Shown: positions 1 through 8,997 of the stretch, piece by piece
Numbering within the stretch: the first letter of the stretch is position 1
Layout: each line of letters opens with the position of its first letter
IMG/VR virus record: IMGVR_UViG_3300024275_000007
DNA from: a virus
Strand: one strand, 5' to 3'
DNA: 64,000 bases
Translations under genes and position numbers: made by a program
Notes under the pieces: model-generated
What the model was told of the DNA's origin: nothing
Seen by the model: only the letters and a program-made list of their open reading frames with translations
The model's database searches: none

Positions 1-1
1 C

Positions 2-292
2 AACGATGATGCCACCATTAGCGCTTACTTAGCGGCTATGGCACGGAGCCCAACGCACGTCGCGGTATTGATGAAGATGCTGGGCTACATCATGAGTGAG
101 AGTGTCAATCAAAAGGCCTCTATTACTATTACATCAACTAAGAAAGGTCTCAAAGGTGCCGAGAACTCTGTTCTCAACCTCATGGTTAGAGACCCAACTG
201 ATGAGTATCCCAAGGTGTCCATGGAGCTTATTGAAGAGGCTTTCAATAAGACCCTTCTGGACTACAAGAAATCCGACCCACTGCTTAACTAA
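2..292 (+). CDS. hypothetical protein, 5'-truncated
   Basis: Frame of the track ORF 38..292 is open back to nt 2; TAATG overlap with the next gene. Confidence 0.7.
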   Translation, partial: NDDATISAYLAAMARSPTHVAVLMKMLGYIMSESVNQKASITITSTKKGLKGAENSVLNLMVRDPTDEYPKVSMELIEEAFNKTLLDYKKSDPLLN

Positions 293-468
293 TGAAGACA
301 CTAACAATACTGCACGATAATTTTTATGACAGATCCGAGTTCAGAATCGATGGTAAGTTCTATGCCCAACTAAGTGGCGGTGAAATAAACACCGAGTTCT
401 GGGTCAAGCTCGTTAAGCAGCTCGGAACTACAGTAGTGCAAAAAGACAGAGACCTAGTAGGAGAATGA
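292..468 (+). CDS. hypothetical protein (58 aa, not in track)
   Basis: ATG overlaps the upstream TAA; MKTLTILHDNFY...DLVGE fills the gap exactly. Confidence 0.65.
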   Translation: MKTLTILHDNFYDRSEFRIDGKFYAQLSGGEINTEFWVKLVKQLGTTVVQKDRDLVGE

Positions 469-469
469 C

Positions 470-1009
470 ATGACAACATACGTAATTTTAGTCGTCAATG
501 CGACTAAGCTATACCCCAACATTGACCCCTTCATCCCCCAGCCGGCCATGGGCAACATGCTGCCGACGACCAAGGGGTATGATGAGAAGTTCCAGGAGAA
601 GCTATTCAAGATCCAGTCCGAGCTAGTAGCTGATCCGCTATTCGCTTATCCCACCGATGTTACGATTCAGTTTATCGGAGACCCAGGGTCGGACATGTAT
701 GGACCAAAGAAGAGCTATAATACCAAGACTCTTTTAGACAGCGCAGAACTGCGTGTTAGTCCCAAGGAAGTATTTCCGGGGCAGTACACGCTGACCGGAG
801 TTAATCCCTATGTTGACCGTGCTCTGATGACAAGTTACCTAGCAAAGAATAAGACGGAGTTACCGTTTTGGTTGAATCCCAAGCTAGTCGAAGTCCTCGA
901 TGTCTGGAAGCTTCTAACGGGCACATCGGATTGGCGTACAGCAGCTTCACTGTGGAACTTGCCCAAGGATCCAGTTGATGCTACCTCAGAGCTGCTTAAG
1001 CGTCTATGA
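470..1009 (+). CDS. hypothetical protein
   Basis: 179-aa ORF, AGGAG upstream, ATGA-coupled to the next gene. Confidence 0.8.
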   Translation: MTTYVILVVNATKLYPNIDPFIPQPAMGNMLPTTKGYDEKFQEKLFKIQSELVADPLFAYPTDVTIQFIGDPGSDMYGPKKSYNTKTLLDSAELRVSPKEVFPGQYTLTGVNPYVDRALMTSYLAKNKTELPFWLNPKLVEVLDVWKLLTGTSDWRTAASLWNLPKDPVDATSELLKRL

Positions 1010-1554
1010 CTGACGACTGCTATGTATCAGCAGCCCCAATAGACGTCTCCTGTTTACTGATCACTACGCTATGGGCGCAGATGCGATCAAAGGACCCCAG
1101 GACTAAAGTAGGTGCTGGGGTCTATGATCCAGTAAGCGGCGGCATTTACTTGGGCTACAACGGCATGCCAGTGGGGGTGCCGGATTTGAAATCGGTATGG
1201 GATAACAGGGACCACCTGACCCCAAATAATAAGTATGAATACTGCATTCACGCTGAGGCCAACGCCATTAGAAAAGCGGCACAGGCCATCGGTGACTTGT
1301 CGCACTGCATCTTGTATGTAACCCATTATCCCTGTGGACATTGCACCAAGGACTTCATTGTTCCCTTTGGTATCAAGCATGTCGTCTACATGGAGAATAG
1401 GTTCGACGAAGTAACGGCTGAACTAGCTCGGTCCTGCGACATCGAAATCGTTAGGTCAATGCTAGACGTAGACGTCATTAACGGCTGTACAAAGGACTGG
1501 GCCGAATGGCCTAAGACCATAACAATCACAGAACGAAAGAGTCAATTCCAATGA
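1006..1554 (+). CDS. dCMP deaminase family protein
   Basis: SKDPRTKVGA, GYNG, HAE and PCGHC zinc deaminase motifs. Confidence 0.92.
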   Translation: MTDDCYVSAAPIDVSCLLITTLWAQMRSKDPRTKVGAGVYDPVSGGIYLGYNGMPVGVPDLKSVWDNRDHLTPNNKYEYCIHAEANAIRKAAQAIGDLSHCILYVTHYPCGHCTKDFIVPFGIKHVVYMENRFDEVTAELARSCDIEIVRSMLDVDVINGCTKDWAEWPKTITITERKSQFQ

Positions 1555-2621
1555 CTACTGAATGCCACAAATTGAGTATGCGTAAAGATGGTACCGCTGA
1601 GATGTTTAGCCTCCGGCAGTCGCCTTGGCATCAGCTCGGTAAGGTGCTACCCGAAGAGATCAGTGACGACCAAGTTCTCGTTGAGGCCGGTCTAGACTGG
1701 GAAGTGAAGCAGGAACCGGTCTATACATTTGACGGAGAGGCTACCCCAACGGCTCAAGCCATCCCAGGCTACAAGGTCCTGAAGCGCAGCGATACCGGTT
1801 ATCCCCTGAGCATTGTTGGTGACCGTTATCGAGTCTTCCAGAACCATGAGATGGTTAAGGCCATGCGCCTTATCGCCAGGGATCTCCACGTTGTCTGGGA
1901 GACTGCTGGTGCCCTTAAGGGTGGCCAAATCGTATGGACTCTCGGCTATATGCCGGACCTGATTTACAACGTCAGAAATGATCAGATGAAGACTTACATG
2001 GCCATTGTTAATGGTCACGGTAACGCTAAGTCATTAATCCTTGTCCCAACTACAGTTAGGATCGTCTGTCAAAATACGCTGCGTATGGCTACGCGTGGTA
2101 GTGAACGTAGTAGACTTGAGAGGGCAGCTGAAAAGGATTATAGCGAGCAAAGCCTGTCCGAGGGCTTCTCGATCCGTCACAATGGTTCCCTAGACGTCCT
2201 CTTGGCTGGTGTCGTCGGGGCGTATGCAGATATCGTCAAGGACGCAGAAGCTACTAAAGAGGTGTCCGAGGCCCTAGCCGACAAGAAGATGGCTAGAAAG
2301 GACTCCCAGAATTACTGGCGCACCGTATTTGGCTTAGAGTCCCCGGCTGGTTTAGATGAGGCCGAGAAGGTCAAGGCCATGCGCAGGGATGCTAAGATCA
2401 TTACGAAGTTAGATCAGATCATGGACTCTCCGACGTGTGCGGCTCCAGATATCAAGGACACCCTCTGGGCTGCTCTCCAGGCATGCACGGAGTATGTTGA
2501 TCACCATGATGTCAGCGACACCACTAGTGCTGCTCGTCGGTTCCAAACCGCTAACTTCGGTACTGGACTCAATTTAAAGCAAAAGGCTTGGGATAGTGCT
2601 CTGGAGCTGTTGGAGGCGTAA
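1551..2621 (+). CDS. DUF932 family phage/plasmid-like protein
   Basis: PWHQLG, AGLDWEV, YRVFQN, ETAGALKGG, TTVRIVCQN, WAALQACTEYVDH and LKQKAW match this family. Confidence 0.85.
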   Translation: MTTECHKLSMRKDGTAEMFSLRQSPWHQLGKVLPEEISDDQVLVEAGLDWEVKQEPVYTFDGEATPTAQAIPGYKVLKRSDTGYPLSIVGDRYRVFQNHEMVKAMRLIARDLHVVWETAGALKGGQIVWTLGYMPDLIYNVRNDQMKTYMAIVNGHGNAKSLILVPTTVRIVCQNTLRMATRGSERSRLERAAEKDYSEQSLSEGFSIRHNGSLDVLLAGVVGAYADIVKDAEATKEVSEALADKKMARKDSQNYWRTVFGLESPAGLDEAEKVKAMRRDAKIITKLDQIMDSPTCAAPDIKDTLWAALQACTEYVDHHDVSDTTSAARRFQTANFGTGLNLKQKAWDSALELLEA

Positions 2622-2971
2622 TGGTTGCCACCATCAAGTACACCGAGATTCCGGTTATTCCGAATCCCAAGGATCATTACCAGATTGAGCTGACGCTCAT
2701 GCACGGCGATGCCGATAAGTATGAGACCATTACAATAAACTGTAATACCGAGAAGAAGTTCCTTAAGATGATGGATGCTCTTAAGAACATGCCTACCCCG
2801 ACTAGTATGGGTGGTACGACGTATGAAACATGGTGTATGGATAACTTCGGAGATATCATCCCACATGATTGTAAGTATGGATATGAAGTTAGCGCAACTG
2901 TTGACTCGTTCGAGGGAATCTATTGGGATCAACTCGGCGTGAAGTACCACGCCGGTGTTGTTGAGTCATAG
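2621..2971 (+). CDS. hypothetical protein
   Basis: 116-aa ORF, TAATG-coupled. Confidence 0.75.
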   Translation: MVATIKYTEIPVIPNPKDHYQIELTLMHGDADKYETITINCNTEKKFLKMMDALKNMPTPTSMGGTTYETWCMDNFGDIIPHDCKYGYEVSATVDSFEGIYWDQLGVKYHAGVVES

Positions 2972-2988
2972 CTAAACAAAAACACAAG

Positions 2989-3009
2989 CCCCTAGGCATC
3001 ACCTAGGGG
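2989..3009 (-). terminator. hairpin with T-rich tail on the minus strand (possible antisense or bidirectional terminator)
   Basis: CCCCTAGG-catca-CCTAGGGG 8-bp stem; A-rich run upstream on + reads as a U-tract on -. Confidence 0.4.
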
Positions 3010-3020
3010 TACAGGAAAAC

Positions 3021-3269
3021 ATGCGAAAACCACAATCAAAAGAACTAGAGAATCTCAATTATGGCATCGCAGAACTTGTTGGTGCCGTTCAACTCTTAGA
3101 TCGTATACGCCACAGTCTGGTTATGAATGAGTTCATGGATAGCCCCCAATATATACCGGAGGACATAGCTAGTGCTATGAAAGTTACTTCCGGTATATCC
3201 AGCAAGGTTAAAGAACTAACTGAGGAACTCAGGAGATACGAGAAACTGCAACCCAAGGAAACACAATGA
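3021..3269 (+). CDS. hypothetical protein
   Basis: AGGA RBS, 82 aa. Confidence 0.75.
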   Translation: MRKPQSKELENLNYGIAELVGAVQLLDRIRHSLVMNEFMDSPQYIPEDIASAMKVTSGISSKVKELTEELRRYEKLQPKETQ

Positions 3270-3565
3270 GTTGGCACAGAATCTGGTATGTCGGTAATGG
3301 CGGTTATGAAGGTGATGAGCGCTATGTAGAGCTATATGATTCCGATGATGAAGGCGATATGGCAGAACAGGTCAGGGAGCATTTAGGATCACTTCCCGGT
3401 GGAGCGCGCTCAATAAATTGGGAGAAGGTCAAATTTCTACCCGATGAAGTACTAGATGAAAAGATTAAGGATCAGCAGTGGATCATCGAGCACGGAGTTG
3501 AAAGGGCTCGTAAGAAGATTGTCGAACTGGAGAAGCTACGTAAACCCAAGGAAACACATGCCTAG
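3266..3565 (+). CDS. hypothetical protein
   Basis: AAGGAAACAC RBS, ATGA overlap. Confidence 0.8.
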   Translation: MSWHRIWYVGNGGYEGDERYVELYDSDDEGDMAEQVREHLGSLPGGARSINWEKVKFLPDEVLDEKIKDQQWIIEHGVERARKKIVELEKLRKPKETHA

Positions 3566-3755
3566 TATAGCAAACATATCAGCGGGTATTCAGATTTTTG
3601 CTAAGTATTGTGATATCAACAAAGAATGGTTTGGAGCCGCGCACGACTTCATTTGGGGTATTGAGGAAAGTCTAGTAACCAACGAAGAAGACCGTACCGC
3701 TCTTGAAAATCTGGGTTGGCATATCGCAGATGGTTGTTGGTCGGCGTACACATGA
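3558..3755 (+). CDS. hypothetical protein (start moved to ATG 3558)
   Basis: AAGGAAACAC-ATG; MPSIANISAGIQIF. Confidence 0.75.
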   Translation: MPSIANISAGIQIFAKYCDINKEWFGAAHDFIWGIEESLVTNEEDRTALENLGWHIADGCWSAYT

Positions 3756-3976
3756 ATGACCCACAACCAATAGCAACCGCTCCCAAGGACGGCACTGTTA
3801 TTCTAACCGATTGCGGCTGCGCCATGTTCATAGATCAGGCATACTGGGGTCCACGTAGTGGTAAAGGTAAGTGGGCCGAATGCTCTCCTTGGGGAGACCC
3901 GGATCACTGTGCCGACGACGGTACGATTTACTGTTCGCCCAAACTGTGGGTGCCTCTACCGGAATGGATGAAATAA
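3752..3976 (+). CDS. DUF551-like small protein, paralog 1
   Basis: QPIATAPKDGT N-terminus and W.PLP C-terminus; ATGA overlap. Confidence 0.75.
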   Translation: MNDPQPIATAPKDGTVILTDCGCAMFIDQAYWGPRSGKGKWAECSPWGDPDHCADDGTIYCSPKLWVPLPEWMK

Positions 3977-3984
3977 GGAAACAC

Positions 3985-4203
3985 ATGGATAATCCACAAC
4001 CAATAGCAACGGCTCCGCATGATTTAGTAGTATTTACTGATTGTGGCTGTGCCATATTCACTGACATGGTGTACTGGGACGGCGTACCAGGCAATAGATG
4101 GGTTGAGTGCTCTCCATGGGGTAGCATAAACGAGTGTGCCGACAACGGCCCATTCTTCTGTCATCCAAAGCTATGGGTACATCTCCCGGGATGGATAAAG
4201 TAA
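3985..4203 (+). CDS. DUF551-like small protein, paralog 2
   Basis: QPIATAPHD, TDCGCA, ECSPWG and PKLWV shared with the upstream gene; AAGGAAACAC RBS. Confidence 0.75.
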   Translation: MDNPQPIATAPHDLVVFTDCGCAIFTDMVYWDGVPGNRWVECSPWGSINECADNGPFFCHPKLWVHLPGWIK

Positions 4204-4517
4204 TGACTGCTAATTTACCTAAGGTCTATTATGTTATGTGCGGTACCGGCGGTGAAGTCGAATGGGGATGGATGCTAGGCTCATCAGGCGACCATATTTC
4301 TATAGGTGACCCTAAGACGAAGAAGCTCACGGGGTATAATCCTAAATCCACTACGTTCTTTACTAAGCAACAAGCCATCGACGATTGGAAATGGCGTTCC
4401 GGTGCCGAGACCTCTGAACATGCTGACATTCTTCAGCGTGAAGGTGAAAAGCTGGTAGCCGCAGCTGAAAACCTCCGTGATAAATTGCGCATAAAAGGCG
4501 ACTGGAGGGATCTCTAA
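4203..4517 (+). CDS. hypothetical protein
   Basis: TAATG-coupled start MTANLPKVYY within the track ORF 4134..4517. Confidence 0.7.
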   Translation: MTANLPKVYYVMCGTGGEVEWGWMLGSSGDHISIGDPKTKKLTGYNPKSTTFFTKQQAIDDWKWRSGAETSEHADILQREGEKLVAAAENLRDKLRIKGDWRDL

Positions 4518-5317
4518 TGGGACACTTCTCAGTACATTGCTGTTTAAGCGGTATACCAATTAATGAGCGTAATCCAGTGGCTGGCTGGCATTTACAGCGC
4601 ACAAAGTTCGAAGAAGTATCGTGTGAGCCATGGATACCGCTTACGTTTCCAATAACTGGTATCTATGACGGGTACGGTAATATCGTAAACGGCAACGGTG
4701 AGCAGCTCAACAGGGACAATGAGTACCTAGCAATATGCCACCAGGACCTCTGGGATGAGTTACCGAGCTTATGGGATTCACGAGATGGTGGATCGATGCG
4801 TGAGGCTGTAGAGGCCGCACACAAAGAATTCCTGGAGCGACGCGATGAGGAATCCGAGATGCCATGGCGTAAGTCACCGTATTGGGATGCACATTCAGCA
4901 AGCTTTCAGAGGCGTTACCCCCTGACTTGGCTCGTTAATCTGTGTCTCGGCGAGCCAGCTGAGAGCGATGGTAAGCCCAGCAAGGAAACTGAGGATTGGG
5001 GTCACGAGAGACGCTGTGGACCGTTCGAGAAGCTGCTCCTTGACCTTGTCATATCGGGTCCGATGCATCTAGATTTCAGAGAAACCTGTGGAAATCTCGA
5101 AAAGCTATTAGGGGCCTACACGTCAACTATTTACCGTGGTAAGCCCATTATCCCTTTTGAAGCCACGCATGCTGCCCAGGATACTGATTACAAGGTTGAG
5201 AAGAAGTGGTTCAGCTTCGTCAATGCTAAGCTCACCGCACTTCGCAAAGTAGAAATTGAGCGAGAGAAGGAAAACAAACGCGAGATGGCTGAGTGGGAAG
5301 CCAAGGAGAATGAGTAA
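4517..5317 (+). CDS. hypothetical large-phage protein
   Basis: 266 aa; MGHFSVHCCLSGIPI...PITGIYDGYG N-terminus of a type I recall from large phages. Confidence 0.8.
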   Translation: MGHFSVHCCLSGIPINERNPVAGWHLQRTKFEEVSCEPWIPLTFPITGIYDGYGNIVNGNGEQLNRDNEYLAICHQDLWDELPSLWDSRDGGSMREAVEAAHKEFLERRDEESEMPWRKSPYWDAHSASFQRRYPLTWLVNLCLGEPAESDGKPSKETEDWGHERRCGPFEKLLLDLVISGPMHLDFRETCGNLEKLLGAYTSTIYRGKPIIPFEATHAAQDTDYKVEKKWFSFVNAKLTALRKVEIEREKENKREMAEWEAKENE

Positions 5318-5319
5318 CC

Positions 5320-5613
5320 ATGTACGAGACAGAGTATCAGCGACAGCGCGAGTATTACCTCCAAGGTGGTCCGGTATTCAAGAGACGCAATCAGTGGACC
5401 AAGAGCTGCAAGTCCTGTGGTCGCAGTAATCTCCATTGGGGCCACACCGAATATGGCTGGCGTCTGTTCACCCCCGAGGGTGTCATGCATGATTGCCGGG
5501 GACGTCATAACCAGTCCCATGGTCCTACGATGAACAAAGTGATTTACGAACTGGAGAAGGTCAAGCGAGAGCTAGCTGAGCTACGGCAATATGTAATCCA
5601 GGAGATCTCGTGA
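5320..5613 (+). CDS. zinc-ribbon protein
   Basis: CKSC...HDC motif. Confidence 0.7.
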   Translation: MYETEYQRQREYYLQGGPVFKRRNQWTKSCKSCGRSNLHWGHTEYGWRLFTPEGVMHDCRGRHNQSHGPTMNKVIYELEKVKRELAELRQYVIQEIS

Positions 5614-5843
5614 CTGTCTACAATACACGCAACGCCCGCATTAGGATTGACCACATTACTACTTTATTGATGTCTACTCGCGCTCTTCTCGGAGATGTCG
5701 ATAGGCAGTCGGGTCGATTCGAGGAGACCTCTAAGCTGGGATTAAGTGACTTAGAAGATATCAAGGATGAGCTAGAGGCGCTTATTAACGAATGGAAGTA
5801 CGGCATTATCAGAGACACCCCTAAGCACAAGGAAACACTGTGA
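5610..5843 (+). CDS. hypothetical protein
   Basis: GTGA overlap, 77 aa. Confidence 0.7.
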   Translation: MTVYNTRNARIRIDHITTLLMSTRALLGDVDRQSGRFEETSKLGLSDLEDIKDELEALINEWKYGIIRDTPKHKETL

Positions 5844-6058
5844 TCTCATCAGAGAAGCTGAATGTATACGCTGATGTCCTCGACGATGCCGAGGATATGA
5901 TCCAAGACATTAAGGAAGACTTTTATGATGCCGATGATTGCTTTGAAGACAACGAAGTTGAAGACCACGATGCTTACATGGATAATGCCAAGAAGGGCCT
6001 CCGTGAACTCATTGCACGGCTCAATGCAGTATTAGTAGATGCTGAGACTGTACCGTGA
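5840..6058 (+). CDS. highly acidic small protein
   Basis: 22 D/E versus 6 K/R in 72 aa. Confidence 0.75.
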   Translation: MISSEKLNVYADVLDDAEDMIQDIKEDFYDADDCFEDNEVEDHDAYMDNAKKGLRELIARLNAVLVDAETVP

Positions 6059-6276
6059 ATTACAAAGACATTTCTAAGCATCAAATGCGGATTAAGGACT
6101 GGGATGTAGATCTGGAGCATATCAAGGACTTGTTCATTCAGGTTATGACGCGTCACGCGTCCAAGGCCAAGCTATGGACTAAGGAAGAGCTGGACAATGA
6201 TATGATGCAGCTCCGATGGAAGATCAGTGACTTCCGGTTCGAGCTAGACAAGCTGCTAAGGGCTACGTTCAAATGA
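6055..6276 (+). CDS. hypothetical protein
   Basis: GTGA overlap. Confidence 0.7.
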   Translation: MNYKDISKHQMRIKDWDVDLEHIKDLFIQVMTRHASKAKLWTKEELDNDMMQLRWKISDFRFELDKLLRATFK

Positions 6277-6518
6277 ACGTCAATTACGACTTCTTTGAGC
6301 GGCAGCACAAGCAGGATGGCGGTACCGCAGATCAGCAGCGGCATTACGAACTTGGCTGGGAGGCCTGTGATTGGGTCTATAAGCATGATCCCCGCGGTAA
6401 GCTACTACGGGATCTACAGGATCTCCTAGAGGATATTGACGCATGGCTTCCTGGAGAGCTACCGGTTCGTATCCGCAAATGCATAAAGGAGTTGGAGATA
6501 TTCAATGAGAACCCGTGA
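6273..6518 (+). CDS. hypothetical protein
   Basis: ATGA overlap. Confidence 0.7.
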   Translation: MNVNYDFFERQHKQDGGTADQQRHYELGWEACDWVYKHDPRGKLLRDLQDLLEDIDAWLPGELPVRIRKCIKELEIFNENP

Positions 6519-6717
6519 TATCAGTAGGCTAAACGATTTAGCTACGGCAGTAGACATCAATAACGAGGACCTCCAGGCATGTATGCATATAGTGCTGCAT
6601 GGTGGTAAAGAGACTAAAGAGACTTGGGTCATAGGGGCACTGCAAGATGCTAAGAAGCTACGTGCCGATGTCGACGAATTCATCGCTAAAGCAAATAAGG
6701 TACTAAGACATGACTGA
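6505..6717 (+). CDS. hypothetical protein
   Basis: GGAG RBS, chained with neighbours. Confidence 0.7.
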   Translation: MRTRDISRLNDLATAVDINNEDLQACMHIVLHGGKETKETWVIGALQDAKKLRADVDEFIAKANKVLRHD

Positions 6718-7033
6718 TGAAGACGACAAACACGAATTGGTGATGCAGGGGCTACGAGGCATATCAAATGACGATAACTGCTATGCCGCTGACCGTGATG
6801 CGGCGGATAGAGCCATTGATTACATCAAGTCTCTCCTTAGAGAGATAGGCGAGAAAGATAAGACGATCCTAGCGCTTAGAGATGATCTGGTCAGAGTATA
6901 CCAGCCATTGCCGCACCATAGACCGGTGGTATTTCCGGAGTCGAGAGGTACTACTCATGGTCAGTTGATGCAGATGCAGCACGAGGCTGAGACTATGCAC
7001 GATAATCCGCCACACGATCAGCCAATGGGATGA
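6710..7033 (+). CDS. hypothetical coiled-coil protein
   Basis: 107 aa, AAGG RBS. Confidence 0.7.
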   Translation: MTDEDDKHELVMQGLRGISNDDNCYAADRDAADRAIDYIKSLLREIGEKDKTILALRDDLVRVYQPLPHHRPVVFPESRGTTHGQLMQMQHEAETMHDNPPHDQPMG

Positions 7034-7034
7034 C

Positions 7035-7274
7035 ATGCTGCCAAATTCAAAAGAAGAATGTATTGTGTGGGAACAAGATGTATTAGAGGAAGCTAGGCGG
7101 ATGGGTTTGGAACTAACTATCCAGCTTAGCAATACCCGAGATAAATTATCCAAAGCCATGAAGCTTATTGATAACTTAGTGTATGACGCAAAAGTTAGAC
7201 AGATTGGGATCAGAGAAGATGAGTTGGTTCGTTTGGGCTTCAACATAGTCAGAGGAGAGGTGAGGCTGTGGTAG
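7035..7274 (+). CDS. hypothetical protein
   Basis: 79 aa, in the operon chain. Confidence 0.7.
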   Translation: MLPNSKEECIVWEQDVLEEARRMGLELTIQLSNTRDKLSKAMKLIDNLVYDAKVRQIGIREDELVRLGFNIVRGEVRLW

Positions 7275-7450
7275 AACACATCATCTTGGACCATCCCAAG
7301 GGACAGGTCTTCATTACTGTAGGCAGTAACGAACCGAAGCTAGTTAGTCACGTTGTCAAGAAGATCGAAGAACTGTTCGGCGTCAAGAAGTCAACGTCCT
7401 TCGAAGATCTCTTTAAGGACTTCGATGGACTCTTTGGTAAGAAGAAATGA
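7268..7450 (+). CDS. hypothetical protein
   Basis: GAGGTG RBS, 60 aa. Confidence 0.7.
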   Translation: MVEHIILDHPKGQVFITVGSNEPKLVSHVVKKIEELFGVKKSTSFEDLFKDFDGLFGKKK

Positions 7451-7659
7451 ACGATCGAATCGCAGAACTAGAGGCACAAGTAAAGACTCTTCAGGGCTTC
7501 AAGGACTTTGTCCACGGGAGTCTCGATGATTTCGGTGTTCCACCGGACCCCGATCCAGAAGGTACTAGGTCCCATGGTTGCCGTATAGAGGGACGCCTCA
7601 ATTGGCTCTATGATACCATCTCATGTTTGGAATTCACAGTTAGGAATGGTAATCCATAA
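7447..7659 (+). CDS. hypothetical protein
   Basis: ATGA overlap. Confidence 0.7.
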   Translation: MNDRIAELEAQVKTLQGFKDFVHGSLDDFGVPPDPDPEGTRSHGCRIEGRLNWLYDTISCLEFTVRNGNP

Positions 7660-7714
7660 GTTCATCTTGACCCATCATTCCCGGTATGTTAGTTAATGGC
7701 AAGGAGATAAAGCC

Positions 7715-7909
7715 ATGGCCGCACCAGCCCCACTAAGACGCCCCAATGACGATATCGAGAACATCGTTGAATTCGTGGAACTCTACATGGATGCCTGTAC
7801 CAAGAAGGATGCCCGCCAGATCTCTAGGGCTAAGAAAGACTTGGTGGTAGCCCTCCAGGTGTTCAAGAGTTCGATCATTGACGATGTCCTGGACTACATA
7901 AAGAAATAA
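7715..7909 (+). CDS. hypothetical protein
   Basis: AAGGAG RBS. Confidence 0.75.
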   Translation: MAAPAPLRRPNDDIENIVEFVELYMDACTKKDARQISRAKKDLVVALQVFKSSIIDDVLDYIKK

Positions 7910-7919
7910 ACGAGGTACT

Positions 7920-8231
7920 ATGAAGCTTGAGTTAGACACCGAGTGGTGTCTGGACTGCGATACTGATTCCGTCCAACTCATTAAGAAGGTCGTCATTGGC
8001 GCTGCTCAAAAGGGCAAGCCGGTCAAGGAAGAGAATATCGGGAAGATCAGATTGGAGAATTATGGGTTCTACGGCAACCTGGAGCAGGCTCTAACGGCAT
8101 ATCTCCAGAAGAAGGTAGGCAGTGTTCAAGGGGAAGCTACAGCGGCTCAGATCATCGATATGTGGGCGAAGTGCTGTGAAGTCATCAAAGAAGCCTGTAA
8201 GAACTTACCGTTACGAGGAATAGTTAAGTGA
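7920..8231 (+). CDS. hypothetical protein
   Basis: GAGGT RBS, 103 aa. Confidence 0.75.
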   Translation: MKLELDTEWCLDCDTDSVQLIKKVVIGAAQKGKPVKEENIGKIRLENYGFYGNLEQALTAYLQKKVGSVQGEATAAQIIDMWAKCCEVIKEACKNLPLRGIVK

Positions 8232-8626
8232 AGCCAGAGGGAACTTGCCTAGAACGCTGGCTCAATGTCTGTGACACCCTTGAAGGTTTCGGTTGGAGAG
8301 CGGTAGACTTTGATGGCACTCTAGTAAACAATAGTCATTCTAAGCCCCGGGATCCCTATGAGATACATGGTGAGCCTATTGCGGCCATGGTGGATACGGT
8401 TAAGGAATGGATTGCCCATGGAGTCAAGGTGTGTCTGTTTACTGCGCGTATAGGTCCAACTGATGACGTCCGTGATGTAGCCAGAGTCCGTACTAAGCTC
8501 CAAGGCTGGTGCTTAGAGCATTTGGGGATAGTAATTCCTATTACATGCATCAAGAGTCATCATATCGAAGCCATTTATGACGACAGAGCCTTCCGAGTAA
8601 CCCGTAACCAAGGAATCATAGAGTGA
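8228..8626 (+). CDS. HAD-superfamily phosphatase (polynucleotide-kinase 3'-phosphatase-like)
   Basis: AVDFDGTL motif I, LFTAR motif II, K...IYDDR motifs III/IV. Confidence 0.85.
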   Translation: MKPEGTCLERWLNVCDTLEGFGWRAVDFDGTLVNNSHSKPRDPYEIHGEPIAAMVDTVKEWIAHGVKVCLFTARIGPTDDVRDVARVRTKLQGWCLEHLGIVIPITCIKSHHIEAIYDDRAFRVTRNQGIIE

Positions 8627-8922
8627 TGGACTACTGGAGCCATGACGACGATGACTACTCATTTATGGACGCCAGAGACGATGAGTTAGATACCCTAAGA
8701 GCTAAGATCGAGACCGACCTCCGAGACAATGATACGGAGTTCGCCGAGCTGTGTCAGTTTGTCGCGATGTGCCGTCGCTTTGGCTATGCCGAGATCGCGG
8801 ATAAAGAAGATGTAGCCATCGCAGACTGGATTAATGAAGAACTAGCCATGTATCTCGAAGTACAAGAAGAACAGCGAGACCCATATGGCTATAGGGGTTT
8901 GCGCCGATCGGATTTCGTATGA
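8623..8922 (+). CDS. acidic hypothetical protein
   Basis: 28 D/E in 99 aa; C-terminal DPYGYRG...DF. Confidence 0.75.
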   Translation: MMDYWSHDDDDYSFMDARDDELDTLRAKIETDLRDNDTEFAELCQFVAMCRRFGYAEIADKEDVAIADWINEELAMYLEVQEEQRDPYGYRGLRRSDFV

Positions 8923-8997
8923 AGAAGATGTTCAACTACTGTTGTCTCAAATTCTTGATCTTGCTTGCTTATATCAAGGATACCTACAGAGACGACA

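Noticed and set aside
7667-7695. Promoter TTGACC-N17-TAGTTA
   Set aside because: The -10 element lacks the conserved final T; the match is too weak to call.
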